64,000 nt of DNA from Octopus vulgaris. Its lineage: Eukaryota. The translations under genes were made by a program, and so were the position numbers. Position 1 is the first letter of the stretch. Every line of letters begins with the position of its first letter. The stretch is taken from assembly GCA_951406725.2 (NCBI GenBank), contig OX597838.1, forward strand, positions 18,166,001 through 18,230,000, written 5' to 3'. Shown here in pieces: positions 40,311 through 55,299 of this stretch. Under the pieces are notes generated by a model. The model saw nothing but the letters and a program-made list of their open reading frames with translations, did no database searches and was not told where the DNA came from.

Positions 40311-40680
40311 CTAGCAGTATCGCCCGGCGTTGCTCGGGTTTGTAAGGGGAATAACTATAAAGCATTTTTAGAGAGTTATAGCCAAAAAATGGGAAAAAAA
40401 TTATGGTAAAATTTTTTTAGTTAAAAAGGTCGAGTTGCGTCCCCTAGACAGTCTGTGGTTTGTGTTTCTGATTCTCGACCCCATGTCGAATTTATCGATT
40501 TTTTTCAGAACTGGGGGAACTTTTCAAAATTTTCGCTGCGTTAGTTTTGAATTATGACATTGGGCTATGTGTGTGTCAAGTTTCATCAGAATCGGTTGAA
40601 AGCCGTGGTCAGGGTGAGGGTACAACCTAACAGACACACAGAAACACACACAGACAAACTGCCGTTTATATATAGAGAGA
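40311..40680 (-). mobile_element. Non-autonomous Helitron
   Basis: Minus strand starts TC(tctctatatataaa), ends with hairpin cccg-agcaacgc-cggg then CTAG; inserted between A and T with no TSD. Confidence 0.78.
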
Positions 40681-40705
40681 TATATATATTGTGATTGTTG
40701 TTGTG

Positions 40706-41001
40706 ACCCCCTTCGGTCAGACACTGACCATGGGTTTGCACCTAGAGAGTTACCCTCTGAGGCACAGGTCTGGGCAAGGTTGTTTTATGGAAGACCAGCA
40801 GTCGCCCATGCATACCGGCCTCCCCTCTCCACGTCACCGATGTTGTCCAAGGGAAAGGCAAAGGGGCCGATACAGCTTGGCACCTGTGACGTCGCAACTC
40901 ATTTCTACAGCTGAGTGAACTGGAGCAACGTGAAATAAAGTGTCTTGCTCAAGAACACAACACGCAGCCCGGTCCGGGATTCGAGCTCACAACCTCACGA
41001 T
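40706..41001 (-). mobile_element. tRNA-derived SINE: head (truncated) + middle Y + tail T3
   Basis: Colinear with 60970-61301. Confidence 0.85.
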
Positions 41002-41653
41002 CAATAATAAATACTCGTCAATAATAAATCTCAGAGCGAGTTATAAACAGTACCTACAACACATCGTGACGTATATTTGCCATCTAAATATGGCTAACAC
41101 CAAAGGGTCCACCCCTCCTGGGGCTATATATACATCAGCTGGATAGCAAGCAAACGAAGGGATCTAAAGAGAGGCACACATGCATACAGACAATCAGACA
41201 GACAGACAGACAAACAGGTGAGACTATTCACCCCACTCGTTAGCAGAATCATCTACTGGTAAATCTATGGAACACACTAACGAAATTATCAAATTCCATT
41301 CTTCCAATAAAAAAATAATTTAATTAATAAAACGAATTGATTATTAATTAGTTCTCACTTTAAATTAACGTAACAAGATGTCTGGATTCTTTACACACAA
41401 GGTATAATGGTTGGAGTAGATAACGGGTACGCGTGGCAAGGAAAGGTTGTGGTTGTTATGTTTATCGTTGTTCAGTTAACCCAGACTGAGCAGCTATGTG
41501 TTTAAGGCGTTCCTTCCATGGCCATCCCATATCTTGTATGTATTTTACACGACGTTATACAAGCTTTTGCAAGGCGATGGGGAAGGAGGGTTCGAAGAAA
41601 TTTAGTCTGTTTCTTTCTGGTTGGGCGACCACGTAGAACTTCTTCAATGGTCA

Positions 41654-41740
41654 GTAGTAGTAGTAGTAGTAGTAGTAGTAGGGGAGGAGGAGGAGATGAA
41701 GAAACAGCAGCCGTAGTAGCAGCAGTAGCTGCATCATCAT

Positions 41741-41781
<41 letters not shown>

Positions 41782-41823
41782 GTAGTACTAGTAGTAGTAG
41801 TAGTGGCAGGGGCAGTAGCAACT

Positions 41824-41867
<44 letters not shown>

Positions 41868-41937
41868 TGTTGTTGTTGTAACAGAAGCAGTTGTAGCAGC
41901 AGTAGTAGTAATAGTAGTAGTAGTAGTAGAAGTAGAA

Positions 41938-41989
<52 letters not shown>

Positions 41990-41999
41990 TAGTAGTAAT
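41654..41999. repeat. (AGT)n/(AGC)n/(ATC)n compound microsatellite
   Basis: Direct reading. Confidence 0.95.
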
Positions 42000-42068
42000 T
42001 ATGACTTTTTTCTCGCTCTATGTTCGATACAGCTAAGCTTACATTATCACCAAATATATTCCCCTTTT

Positions 42069-42239
42069 CACTAGCGTAGCTAGGTGGGAGGTAGGGGGCG
42101 GTAGGGGGCGGTAGGGGTAGTCCGTTCGTCCCGGGTGGCACTTTTGGGTCTGTTGTAGGCAATATGTGTTTTCTGAGGGGTCCGTAGGTCGCAAACGGAA
42201 GGACCGCCCCGGGCGGCACACACTCCAACTCCGCTAGTG
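42069..42239. mobile_element. hAT-type MITE
   Basis: TIRs cactagcgtagct / aactccgctagtg; 8-bp TSD cccctttt (42061-42068) and cccctttc (42240-42247). Confidence 0.75.
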
Positions 42240-42367
42240 CCCCTTTCTTGTTAACTTTATTTTTGTTGATGTTATTGTTGTTTGGCTTCTGGTGAGTAAC
42301 GAGCTAGCACACCTATGACCTAAGACCTTCAAATAATGACCATTCTGTCTTATTTTGAGGCACAGTA

Positions 42368-42855
42368 TACCTTGGACTACAACATATCATATGCCCTTTC
42401 TTTAGGAACGACCGGAAAGTGTAATTTGAAAGGGACTTAGCTGCTAGTTTTAGCAGAGCCAATGTCCAAATAAAGACACTGTTTTTAAGTCCGAGAAAGT
42501 AGCTTGGAGCGAGAGAACAATGTGATGTCATAGCATTCATGCCTTTCCCGTAACCAGAATTGAATAATGTGTGTCTTACCAGGGTTTAAAATCCTGTTCT
42601 TGGGATTACAACATATCTTGGACTACAACATATCATATGCCCTTTCTTTAGGAACGACTGGAAAGTGTAATTTGAAAGGGACTTAGCTGCTAGTTTTAGC
42701 AGAGCCAATGTCCAAATAAAGACACTGTTTTTAAGTCCGAGAAAGTAGCTTGGAGCGAGAGAACAATGTGATGTCATAGCATTCATGCCTTTCCCGTAAC
42801 CAGAATTGAATAATGTGTGTCTCACCAGGGTTTAAAATCCTATTCTTGGGATCAC
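42368..42855. repeat. Near-perfect 246-bp tandem duplication
   Basis: cttggactacaacatatc at 42371 and 42617; the sequences are colinear. Confidence 0.95.
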
Positions 42856-43004
42856 GCTGTTTCTTACTATTACATGTCCGTATCAAAATAGGAAGTCTTT
42901 GTATCAAAGAAACGAGTTTGGGCTGAAGGGTTCACAAGCTGGCTCTGAAGGAGTTATGCCAGAGTTGTGAAATTTTGCATCCATTGATTTCAACATTTCT
43001 TATT

Positions 43005-43345
43005 AATAACTGCTTTGTTTTTCTCTAATGCAAAGGGCATTGTGTCTATTGACTATCTTTGAAAGGAATACACCATCAATGGAGAGTGCTACGCCAACTT
43101 GCTGAGGCAGTTACAAATGGTTATCAAGCCCAAACGCTCAGGGAAACTGATGAAAGAGGCCTTGTTTTTTCAGAACACGCTCCAGCACACATGTCCTTGC
43201 TTTCAATGGCTGCTGTGCGTGATTCTGGCTTTGAACAGGTTGATTTACTTTCCTTATTATCCTGATTTGGCCCCATCTGACTATCATCTGTTTCCCGATG
43301 TGAAAAAAAACACTTCGATAGAAGCCAGCATGTCGCAGTGATGAC
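43005..43345 (+). pseudogene. Mariner transposase catalytic-domain remnant
   Basis: KGIVSIDYL, TINGECYANLLRQL and PYYPDLAPSDYHLFP (YSPDLAPxD motif), with frameshifts. Confidence 0.85.
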
Positions 43346-43371
43346 GGCATCTTACTTGCTGTTGCTACTAG

Positions 43372-43690
43372 TTACCTCCGCATTAGCGAAGGTCGAGGTA
43401 TTGTTTTTAGTCGTTTTTTCATTTTTTATTTTATTGTTTGTCCGTGGACGAGATATCTCAAAAACCGCTGGATGGATTCGGATGAAACTTTCAGGGATAT
43501 CTGGCCTCGTGACTAGCACGAACTGATTAGATTTGGGGATCGATCCAGTATCGGACAAGGATTCTGGATTATTTTCCCTGCCTTTTTACTTAATTTTTGA
43601 TAGCGGTCGGGTTCATTTTTAGCATTCTCGTTTGGGAGAGCAGTCGAGTTTATTTCAGATATTCTTATTTTAATAATCCTCTCTGGCTAT
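43372..43690. mobile_element. Helentron/HINE-like non-autonomous element fragment
   Basis: ttacctccgc...gaggtattgtttt start with hairpin, then gatatctcaaaaaccgctggatggattcggatgaaacttt. Confidence 0.45.
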
Positions 43691-43718
43691 TCAGTGAGAG
43701 GACGTTGGTCTTTGAACA

Positions 43719-44117
43719 GGCGCAGGAGTGGCTGTGTGGTAAGTAGCTTGCTTAGCAACCACATGGTTCCGGGTTCAGTCCCACTGCGTGGCACTTTGGG
43801 CAAGTGTCTTCTACTATAGCCTCGGGCCGACCAAAGCCTTGTGAGTGGATTTGGTAGACGGAAACTGAAAGAAGCCTGTCGTGTATATGTATATATATAT
43901 GTGTGTGTTTTGTGTGTCTGTGTTTGTCCTCCCAACATCGCTTGACACAACCGATGCTGGTGTGTTCATGTCCCTGTAACTTAGCGGTCCGGCAAAAGAG
44001 AGACCGATAGAATAAGTACTAGGCTTACAAAGTTCTGGGGTCGATTTGCTCGACTAAAGGCGGTGCTCCAACATGGCCGCAGTCAAATGATTGAAATAAG
44101 TAAAAGAGTAAAGAGAG
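43719..44117 (+). mobile_element. SINE family A
   Basis: Full-length match. Confidence 0.9.
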
Positions 44118-44660
44118 TCCGATGTCAGTTTACTTCGAAAGAAACAATGCAAATAATTAATAAGAAGAGTTGAAACTGAATCCATCCAGGACTTCCCTGT
44201 TCTAGCATCACTCCTTCATCGTCAGCCGACGAATCTTTCAGCTCACCCGCTTAACTCTGAGAGAAGTACTCAATCAACAAAGGTACATTGCGATCTTTTA
44301 TACAGATCGATAACCGATCTTTGGTAAAAATATGGGTTTTTCACACTTGTCTTTCCTCCTTTTTTGCTTCTTTATTCTCACTTTCTTCCTTTCTTTTTCT
44401 TTCTTTCTTTCTTTCTTTCTTCTCGCTTTTCTCACAAATAACATCGGAACATAATTAGGATCCCACCCCCCACCTGCAGAAATCTGTACCAGTTCTAATT
44501 TAATTAATAATGATGAAGTAATTGAAAATGAACACTTTCACAAATGTATTTTCTCTTTGTTAAAAGGAGAGAAAGACCGATGAGGAAAGAGGGGGAGAGA
44601 TAGGAGGAGAGAGAGAGAGAGAGAGGAGGAAAAGAAGGAAATATATATTGAGAGAAAGAA

Positions 44661-44691
<31 letters not shown>

Positions 44692-44825
44692 GAGAGAGAT
44701 ATGGACCTACCTCTCCTCGCCACCCCATCTTCCTACGTCTCTCTCTTAGAGAAAGAAATTGTCAAAGAAAGAGAGGAAGAGGAAATGTAAAACAGGGCTA
44801 GAAAAAAGCAGGATGTGTATATATG

Positions 44826-44875
<50 letters not shown>

Positions 44876-45052
44876 CACACACACATATATATTGAGGGAG
44901 AAAGAGACAGGTAGAAGGAAAAAAATATGGGAAGACATGAGAGACAGTAAAATGAACAAGAAAAAGGAGGAAGAAGAGAGAAAGGACGTGAAGGAAAGAG
45001 AGAAAGAGTATCAGAGAGAGCGAGAGACGGAGAGAGAGAGGGAGAGAGTAAG

Positions 45053-45092
<40 letters not shown>

Positions 45093-45149
45093 AAAGAAAG
45101 AGAGAAAGAGAGGGAGAGAGAGAAGGAAAGAAAGAAAAAAGTGAGAGAG

Positions 45150-45196
<47 letters not shown>

Positions 45197-45324
45197 AAGA
45201 TAGGGAGAGAGAGAGGGAGAGAGAGAGGGAGAGAGAAAGAAAGAAAGAAAAGAGAGAGAGAAAGAAAGAGAGAGAGAAAGAAAGAGAGAAAGAAAGAAAG
45301 AAAGAAAGAACGAAGGAAAGAGAG

Positions 45325-45383
<59 letters not shown>

Positions 45384-45535
45384 AAGAGCATTGTTGTCCA
45401 TTCTGAGAACATATTTTCCCCAGATTATTATTATTCAATGATTGATGTTCATTTATGGATATTTCCGAAATCGATATTTTCTGTACAGTTTGATTAGTTG
45501 TCTATTTCTATCCTTGTGTTTAAATGCACACACAC

Positions 45536-45573
<38 letters not shown>

Positions 45574-45574
45574 A

Positions 45575-45612
<38 letters not shown>

Positions 45613-45844
45613 CACAAACACTAACCCACATACACACACACGCATGCATGCGTACACACATATGTATATATGTACACATACACACCAGCACACACACCAC
45701 ACAAATGCACACACACAAACACGCACACGCACACGCATGCATACATACATATCTATCTATCTATCTATCTATATATATGTATACACACACACACACACCA
45801 AGCACACACACCACACAAACGCACACACACATAGATAAATAAAA

Positions 45845-45885
<41 letters not shown>

Positions 45886-46292
45886 AGTGTGTGTAAGTAT
45901 ATATATGTATGCTTATATATACATATATAAATATATATATATGCGTATATGTACATATATACACCTTACATATTCAATACCTCTATATATGTGTTGCTTA
46001 TTTCCTTATATACACGCGCGCAAACGCACGAGGGACCCACCCACCTACCCACACACGCACGCACATGTGTGTGTGTGTGGTGGGTTGGGTGTATATGAAA
46101 TCATTTCTAGATTAATTTATTTATTTACGATTTACAGGAGAGAAAACCATAATAGAAGAAATAGCGTAATATCGCCGCCGCCGCCGCTACCGCCATCGCT
46201 ACCACCACTACTACTACTACCAGCAGCAGCCACAACAACAACAACAACAAGAGAAACATAGATTTCTTTCTTTCCTGCTTTCGTTCTTTCGT

Positions 46293-46324
<32 letters not shown>

Positions 46325-46570
46325 TCCTTCCTTCTTTTTTCCTTTCTTTCTTTTTCTTTCTTTCTTTCTTTCTTTCCTTCCTTCTTTTTCTTTCTTCCTT
46401 TCCTTTTCCTTTCTTTTTTCTTTCCTTCCTTATTTCTTTCTTCCTTTACTTATTTCTTTTTTCTTTCCTTCCTTCCTTGTTCCTTTCTTCCTTTCTTTCT
46501 TTCTTTCTTTATTTATTTCTTCCTTCTTTTCTTCCTTCCTTCCTTTCTTTCTTTCTTTCTTTCTTCCTTC

Positions 46571-46605
<35 letters not shown>

Positions 46606-46976
46606 TCATTCATTCTTTCTTATCTTCCCTTCTTTCTTTTTTCTTTCATTCATTCATTCATTCTTTCTTTCTTTCATTCTTCCTTTCTTCCTTTCATTCT
46701 TCCTTTCCTTCTTCCTTTCATTCTTTCTTTCTTTCCTTCCTTCTTTCTTTCTTTCTTTCTTCCTTTCTTTCATTCTTTCTTTCATTCCTTCCTTTCTTTC
46801 ATTCTTCCTTTCCTTCTTTCATTTGGCCGTTGTCTGTCCATAAGGCTCAGCTTGAAGATCGCCGTATAAAAGAGACACCAGTCCGAGTGTTTAAGCCATA
46901 AAATACATTTCACGTCACGTGCTTGGCAAAATTTTAAACCAAGGCGAGAAAACAAAACAATAAATTCACCACCACC

Positions 46977-47063
<87 letters not shown>

Positions 47064-47097
47064 GCTGCTGCTGCTACTGCTGCTGCTGCTGCTACTA

Positions 47098-47129
<32 letters not shown>

Positions 47130-47355
47130 ACTACTACTACCACTACTACTACTTCTACCACCACCTCCACCACTACTACTTCTAATAATAATGGTTTCAA
47201 ATTTTGGCAGAAAGCCAGCAATATTCGGGGTGAGGAGTGGGGTGTAAATCGATTATATCGACCCCAGTACTGAACTGGCACTTATTTTAATCGACATTTC
47301 TACTGCTACTAATAACGATGATAACGGTGATAACGATGGTAATGACGGTGATGAA

Positions 47356-47421
<66 letters not shown>

Positions 47422-47604
47422 AATGATGATGATGACGACGACGACGATGATGATGATGATGATGATGATGATAATGATGATGATGATGATGATGATGATA
47501 ATGACAATGATGATGATGATGATGATGACGACGACGACGACGACGATGATGATGATGATGATGATGATGATATCTGTTATTGGTAACAAAGGCTCAAGAT
47601 GCTA

Positions 47605-47800
47605 ATTTCAAATTTTGGCACAAGGCCAGCAGTAGTTTCTAGGGATGGGATAAAGTCGATTACAATGATCCCTCCTTCCCCCCGCCCCTGGTGTTCAACT
47701 GGTACTTTATTTTATCGACACCCCCTCCCACCCCCGAAAGGATGAAAAGTAAAAAATCGACCGCCGCGGAATTTGAACTCAGAACATCATAGACAGACGA
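47605..47800 (-). mobile_element. SINE family B (diverged); further tail fragment at 47192-47295
   Basis: aactggtactt...cccgaaaggatgaaa...ggaatttgaactcagaac. Confidence 0.75.
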
Positions 47801-48072
47801 ATTGCCCAAGATGCCGGAGACGTACGAAATAAGACGAACGAAATACAACACCCAAAACACATTGATCAAAAAGGGAGTCAGGAACAATAAAAGGTTACAA
47901 TGAAAGATAGGAAAATATAAAAACCAACAAAAAAAAATTTCAACAAGAAAGGATTCTTCAACAGCGTGACAGTCCCCTGGGGGTAATTCAAGGGTAACCT
48001 AAAAAAAAATGACACCCTGCACCTCGCGTTACCCTTTCAACTTCAAGGTATCAAAAGTGTCCGCTCCCAGTT

Positions 48073-48642
<570 letters not shown>

Positions 48643-49469
48643 TGCCCTGATGTAGTACCAGGCAGTGGCTCTCATGGCTTCTGATCTTCACTGATTGGAA
48701 GTGTTATCATGTACATTGTTTTGTCTTGGTATAAAAGAGGGGCTACAGCAAATAGGATTTGGGGCGGGTGTAGTGCTGCGCAAGGTGACAACTTCGAATG
48801 AAATAATGTTAAAACTTAAGTAAATAAGTTATTTTTTAATTTTTTATTATACATAACTAATCCAGGAGCTTTTTAATACCACCTCATAAAATGCAGGGAA
48901 TAATACTAAAATTAAAATGATTTAATTCACCAAACTCAAATCTTTTCTCCTTCTTTTCTACCTTGTCAACCGCATCAGCTAACTTCAAAAACACACAAGT
49001 TTTGCGGAATGAGAATTTACTCAGTAAACACAAAGATTTAATTAATATTCTGTTTGATGTTTAATCTTCATTAATACGTTCACAGTTACGTTCCTTTTGT
49101 TGCAATCATTAACTAATTAAACCTTGTTGATTCATTAAGATTTATTCCAATTTTATTCGAGTTTACGACGAGTGTATTCCTTTTCAATTCACAGAAAAAT
49201 GGTACACACATACATGCGCACGTGTCCACATCAAAACGTTGCCACTTTTATTTGGCCCTTAAGTATCTTCTGAACTTTCAAAACATTCTGTTGTGTCTGA
49301 GGAGGGTCATTTTATTTTCGTGCCTTATAATTTAACACACTCACCGGTAAAATTTCCACTTATTTCTTATTTTTATTTTCCTAAAATTTTCGCTGAGAGT
49401 CAAGACTATTGAAAAGGTTGCAATGCAATTTTTCATACTTTCTAGGGGTAAGCACATAGGAAATAACCC

Positions 49470-49669
49470 TTTACCCTTTACTCTTTTTTACTTGTTTCAG
49501 TCATTTGACTGCGGCCATGCTGGAGCACCGCCTTTAATCGAGCAACTCGACCCCAGGACTTATTCTTTGTAAGCCCAGTACTTATTCTATCGGTCTCTCT
49601 TTTGCCGAACCGCTAAGTGACGGGGACATAAACACACCAGCATCGGTTGTCAAGCAATGTTAGGGTTGA

Positions 49670-49750
<81 letters not shown>

Positions 49751-49942
49751 ACACACACACATATATATATACATATATATGACGGGCTTATTTCAGTTTC
49801 CGTCTACTAAATCCACTCACAAGGCTTTGGTCGGCCCGAGGCTATAGTAGAAGACACTTGCCCAATGTGCCACACAGTGGGACTGAACCCGGAACCATGT
49901 GGTTAGTAAACAAGCTACTTACCGCACAGCCACTCCTGCGCC
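49470..49942 (-). mobile_element. SINE family A
   Basis: Full-length reverse match with long internal (CA)n. Confidence 0.9.
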
Positions 49943-49959
49943 GTTGGGTAGCTGTTGCT

Positions 49960-51445
49960 ACCGAAGGACAAAAATGGTGTTACACAGTCTAGTACACCAA
50001 TCGGGATTCTAAAACACGAACGTTCCCAAAGACAAACCTCTTTTCATCTCAGAAAATTTCACAAAGTTTTCATTGACTTACTGTTAGATACATCGAAAAG
50101 GCCGAGTGTACAAAAGCATAATGAAGTTAAATGAAGCAGAGCAATTCAATGAAGAATGATTGATGTACTTATTTTCTACTGGGTTATCAGGAATTATAAT
50201 TTTGGATCCAAAGCTTCAATAACTGTGTGAGAATTTAGAACTTTTATATTTAATCAATAAGTATGATATAAAATTGGCAAGCCATCTAGATGCAGTTTCT
50301 GTATTCTTTTCGGGTCATTCAAATGGCTTGATAGATTCAGTTCAAAAGGTTACGCAGAATGAAACAGAAAATAAACTTAGGCAAGCTAAATTTAATGCTG
50401 TTCTTGTAGAAGAAATGTTTGATGTATCGAACTATTCCCCTCTGTCAATTGTTTTGTGTTATACTACAAAAGATTGTGTTGCTAAACAGTGATTTATCAA
50501 TTTTAACGACGCAAGTGCTGACCGTTCAGTAAAAAAAAACTGTATCTGTGCATGTTTTTAAAAGCCTTGAAATGTGGAAGCGTGAACGCAAATTAATTGC
50601 ACAAACCTATGATAGCAGAATAAGTGGGCTGCAGTTTTGCAGAATATGAATCGTATTTTTATTCATTGTTCTGCTCATGTACTAAATTTAGTTCATTCAA
50701 AAGCATGGTCTGCTATAAAAGAAGGTAAAATATATTTTTTTCTACAATAAATGGACTGAATACATTTTTTATGAAATCACTCTAAAAAAGTCAAATGCAC
50801 TGAATGATATCAAAAATGTCCTGAAGCAACAGAAACAAGATGGAATTACTTGTCATATCTTGTTATTACTAAAAACGAAAAGTATGATTTCCTAATTAGT
50901 CTGGGATGAGAACACTATAAATACTGCAATCGAATTCTTACAGACCTTTAAAAAAAAAATTCCCATTTCTTGTTTTTTTTTTTATTAGAAGTGTTTAGTA
51001 AGATATTTTCTTTCGCTGATGTTTTATTTAACGCTTTTCACACTACAACCTTAACATTTCGTACTGCAAAGAACAAACAGATAAAATAAGACCCGAGCTT
51101 GAAAATAAAATGGACGACCTCCGATGTTTTACGAAAAGTTAGAAGAAAAAAATATGGAATTGATGCAGCAAAACAAATTAAGAGATCCATGAATAAACCT
51201 ACTGACCGACATCACAGAATTCTCTACAACAAAATTACAGTTAAAATAGTTGACACATTAAAAGGAAGATATTCATCATTAGAACTTAAAATGCAAGAAG
51301 CGTCTCAGTTTTAAGCAAACTGAAGAATATTGCAAAAAAGATTTCCAGTAGAAATCTTTACAAATAACCGAGAGAAGTTTTTTGGCGTAGCTCGTTTTCA
51401 GGACGAACTATATATTATATATTTCAGGGAAGATTTAAAAAGTAA
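49960..51445 (+). pseudogene. Decayed hAT transposase
   Basis: In order: FNAVLVEEMFDVSNYSPLSIVLCY (cf. FSIxxDETTDVSxxxQLSIVLRY), AQTYD, IFIHCSAHVLNLV (CxxH motif), ETRWN; multiple stops and frameshifts. Confidence 0.8.
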
Positions 51446-51447
51446 AT

Positions 51448-51644
51448 TCTGTTGTATCTGGGGAGAGTCATTTTCGTTTTTGTGTCTTATAATTTAACAC
51501 ACTCACCGGTAAGATTTCCACTCATTTCTTATTTTTATTTTCCTAATAAAAATAAGAAATAAGAAATAAGTGGAAATTTTACCGGTGAGTGAGTTAAATT
51601 ATAAGGCACAAAAAAGGAAATTACTCTCCCCAGACACAACAGAA
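51448..51644. repeat. ~197-bp near-perfect palindrome formed by two tail-to-tail copies of a dispersed repeat (family G)
   Basis: Arms ttctgttgtatctggggagagt...tatttttatt / aataaaaata...actctccccagacacaacagaa; single arms also at 49286-49392 and 58832-58930. Confidence 0.88.
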
Positions 51645-52319
51645 GATACTTCAACACACGAACTCACATAAAGAATTTTGCAAACCAAATCCAAAAACGA
51701 AATTAAAAAGTAAAGTTCATGTAGTTTAAAAAATGACGTTTATATCTATAAATCAATGTAACGAGGAAGGTCACGCCGTGTCGTGGTTTGATGTTAGTAT
51801 ATTAGTGACAACAGCTCCTAGGAAAATACCGCATGGTGGACAGGAAATCGACCTCGTGGTGAAATCGGTCGCGTTGTTGGAGGGGTAGTAGGAAGGGCCG
51901 GTGTGTGCAAGCATATAGGTGCATATGTAGAGCGCTCATATGGTTTTGAGTGCATGTATGTATCGATGCGAGCGTGTGCATTTGTGTAGGAGCGCGCATG
52001 CACACGCCTCAACATATGAATAAGCATGCGCACGCGCACACTCATACAGATGTATACACACATGCACATACGTGCACGCGCACACACACATGCGCATTAA
52101 TGCATATGTACATATGTATATATGCATTCGTGTACACATGCATATTAATGTGCGCGCGTGCATGCATGAGTATACATCCGCATAACAAGTGTTGGGGATT
52201 GGCAATTGCCGGTCCTGTTCATAGGGTTGGTTGGTGACGGTGACCTTGGTGCAGGTTGTGCAAGGTAGCAGCTGGTACTAAGGTGGTATATTCGGGTGGT
52301 CCGCGATCAGAGGCTTGGA

Positions 52320-52829
52320 ATTTGTCAGAAGGGCATACCTCTGGTGACAGTAATACGATAAATCGTATTTCTTGTTGATGGATACTGCGGGTTATCTGAG
52401 GATATGCAGTTTTTCGCAGATGCAGAGGTGGCAATTGGAGGTGCTGGATGAATATAGTTACGCTCTGTCGACAATAATCCACTTAATGCTGGGTGTTTCG
52501 TCTCAGACGTCACAGAGTCTCAAGAGAAAACGATACAGCGAAGTAGAATTTTTCTGTCATGGATATGAATGAGTGCATATGCTGGAAGTAACTTCCCTTG
52601 AAGCCATTAGCTGTCATACCCGTATAGTGCCTAGTAATGCCACCGGATGATGTAAGGGTGACTCTGTATATTACGGCCCTTGAGAGGCAGAATCCTTCAA
52701 GAGGACACTTCCAGAGGACGCATTCGGAAGTTTTAGGCTGGAGGTGCGGGTGCATTTGTTGATCGTCTGTTATGATGCAATGTTGTCTAAGCAGGAGTAG
52801 CTCACCTTGACATTATGGGTGTTGGAAAG

Positions 52830-52830
<1 letters not shown>
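52320..52830 (-). pseudogene. Penelope-like element (Neptune-type) GIY-YIG endonuclease remnant
   Basis: Minus strand in order: NVKVSYSCLDNIAS, CPLEGFCLSRAVIYRVTLTS..RHYTGMTANGFKGSYFQHMHSF, IKWIIV, CHLCICEKLHIL, INKK..YCHQR; matches the recalled PLE endonuclease motif order. Confidence 0.8.
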
Positions 52831-52875
<45 letters not shown>

Positions 52876-52877
52876 GT

Positions 52878-52948
<71 letters not shown>

Positions 52949-53091
52949 TCCATAGACTTCGATGTTGCTAATGTAGATACTGGTACATGTTCCGAGGCTG
53001 ATGGTAACTGCCGGTGTAAACGTCATATCTTTTAACTCCAGAGTAGATTTATTGTAACAAGGAATGGAACAAATAAAGGAAACACCAACAT

Positions 53092-53126
<35 letters not shown>

Positions 53127-53616
53127 CACACACACTCACACGTAGAGACATAGATGCATATGTATACACACACACATACTCACACACATGTGTTGTTTGT
53201 GGGTGGGTGTGCATGCGCGTATGTTTGCGTGAAGTGAAAAAGGAATAAATGAACCAAAAGCAATCTTTCACGAGGAATTATGGGAAGAAAGAATATCTTA
53301 GTGCAATACATAAATAAATAAATAATAGCAACGGTAGTGACATCTACCGCCAAAATGCATAATGAAAAACATGCAAACATACAAAGAAATAGTCACACGC
53401 GTATATGTGAGTGTGTGTGCGTGCGTGTGTGTGTGTGTGTGTGTGTGTGAGCGTGTGTGTGTGTATATATATGTATATGATAATATGTATATATGCGTAC
53501 GTACGTATCTATATATATGTATATATGTATGTATATATTTATATTTATATCTACATATCTATTTATCCATCTATTTACCTATATATATATGTAATATATA
53601 TATATATTTATATCTA

Positions 53617-53667
<51 letters not shown>

Positions 53668-53959
53668 ATCTCTCTCTCTCTCTATATATATATATATACA
53701 TACATACATACATACATACATACACACACATGGTATCATGAATTCACATCATGAATCTAGTAAACCACGCCACCTGTATTCGCCTTGTGAATACTCCCCT
53801 ATATTTATATATATATATATAAACGTATATGACTGTGTATGTACATCATATACATACACAAACACCCACATTCGCACACACACACTCATGCATATCATGC
53901 ACGCATGCACATACGCCAAACATCCGCTAAAAGTTGATACTGGGGTGTGAAAGTCAAGT

Positions 53960-54194
53960 GGATCATCCCATTTGCACTCGATTCTCCGAATTGGTATAGT
54001 TTCTTCACTGTTTCAAATACGTACATGGAAATGATAAATACGACATTACAGTAGAATGCGACATAATTCAATATGCATTTATTCGCTTGGCCAGTGGAAC
54101 ATCCATCAAATGCACAAGTATTTGATATTAACTTGACTGTATTGTGGTTGCGTGTGAATAATTTTATCATGCTATTGCCTACATAATCTTTCAT
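53960..54194 (-). pseudogene. Possible degenerate DDE transposase fragment (Sola-like)
   Basis: FDGCSTGQANK...GESSANG loosely resembles SDGCxxQYKN...HGKSxCDG. Confidence 0.25.
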
Positions 54195-54210
54195 CCTGGT
54201 GTTTCAGTAA

Positions 54211-54249
<39 letters not shown>

Positions 54250-54266
54250 TGTGTATGTGTATATTT

Positions 54267-54298
<32 letters not shown>

Positions 54299-54363
54299 AT
54301 GTGTATATATATGTATGTATATATATATGTATGTATATGTGTATATGTATATATATATGTATA

Positions 54364-54474
<111 letters not shown>

Positions 54475-54685
54475 ATATATATATGTATGTATATGTAAGT
54501 ATATAAAGAGCTGGAGCTGGTTACAAGCTGTGAAACATGTCAGAGCAATATCCTTCAATTCTGTTTGTGCGAAGAGAATATCAACGTGTATTTACTCCTG
54601 TTTCAAGTTCTATCGGAATACGTTAATAAAACAGTAGTTCAATGACATTAATGTCGTATGCATTCTGATGCACTGTCATAAATAT

Positions 54686-54744
<59 letters not shown>

Positions 54745-54794
54745 AACACATATATATACTTATATGTATATATATATATAAACACATATATATA

Positions 54795-54863
<69 letters not shown>

Positions 54864-55240
54864 GTATGTATACATATGAATATATATATATGTATATGTA
54901 TGTATATATGTATGCATGTATATAAGTATGTATATATACATGTATTTATGCTTTAATAAAGTGATCTGTTGTGTAAGGTAGGAACAATGTGAGAAGGTAC
55001 AAAATAAACTACAAGAAGAAATCGTTCCTTTTGTAGTATACGCTGTGTCTTCTCGAATGCTTTCGGATTTATACAACAAACCTCTTCAAAGTCATACCAC
55101 ACGATGCTTTACGAAAACTACTCCACTTTCATATATTCTTTTGTTCTTTTATTCTTTATTCTTTCATTCTTTTATATTCTCGCACTCATTTTGACTGCAG
55201 CCATGTTGGAGCACTGCATTAAAGGACTTATTCTTTGTAA

Positions 55241-55297
<57 letters not shown>

Positions 55298-55299
<2 letters not shown>

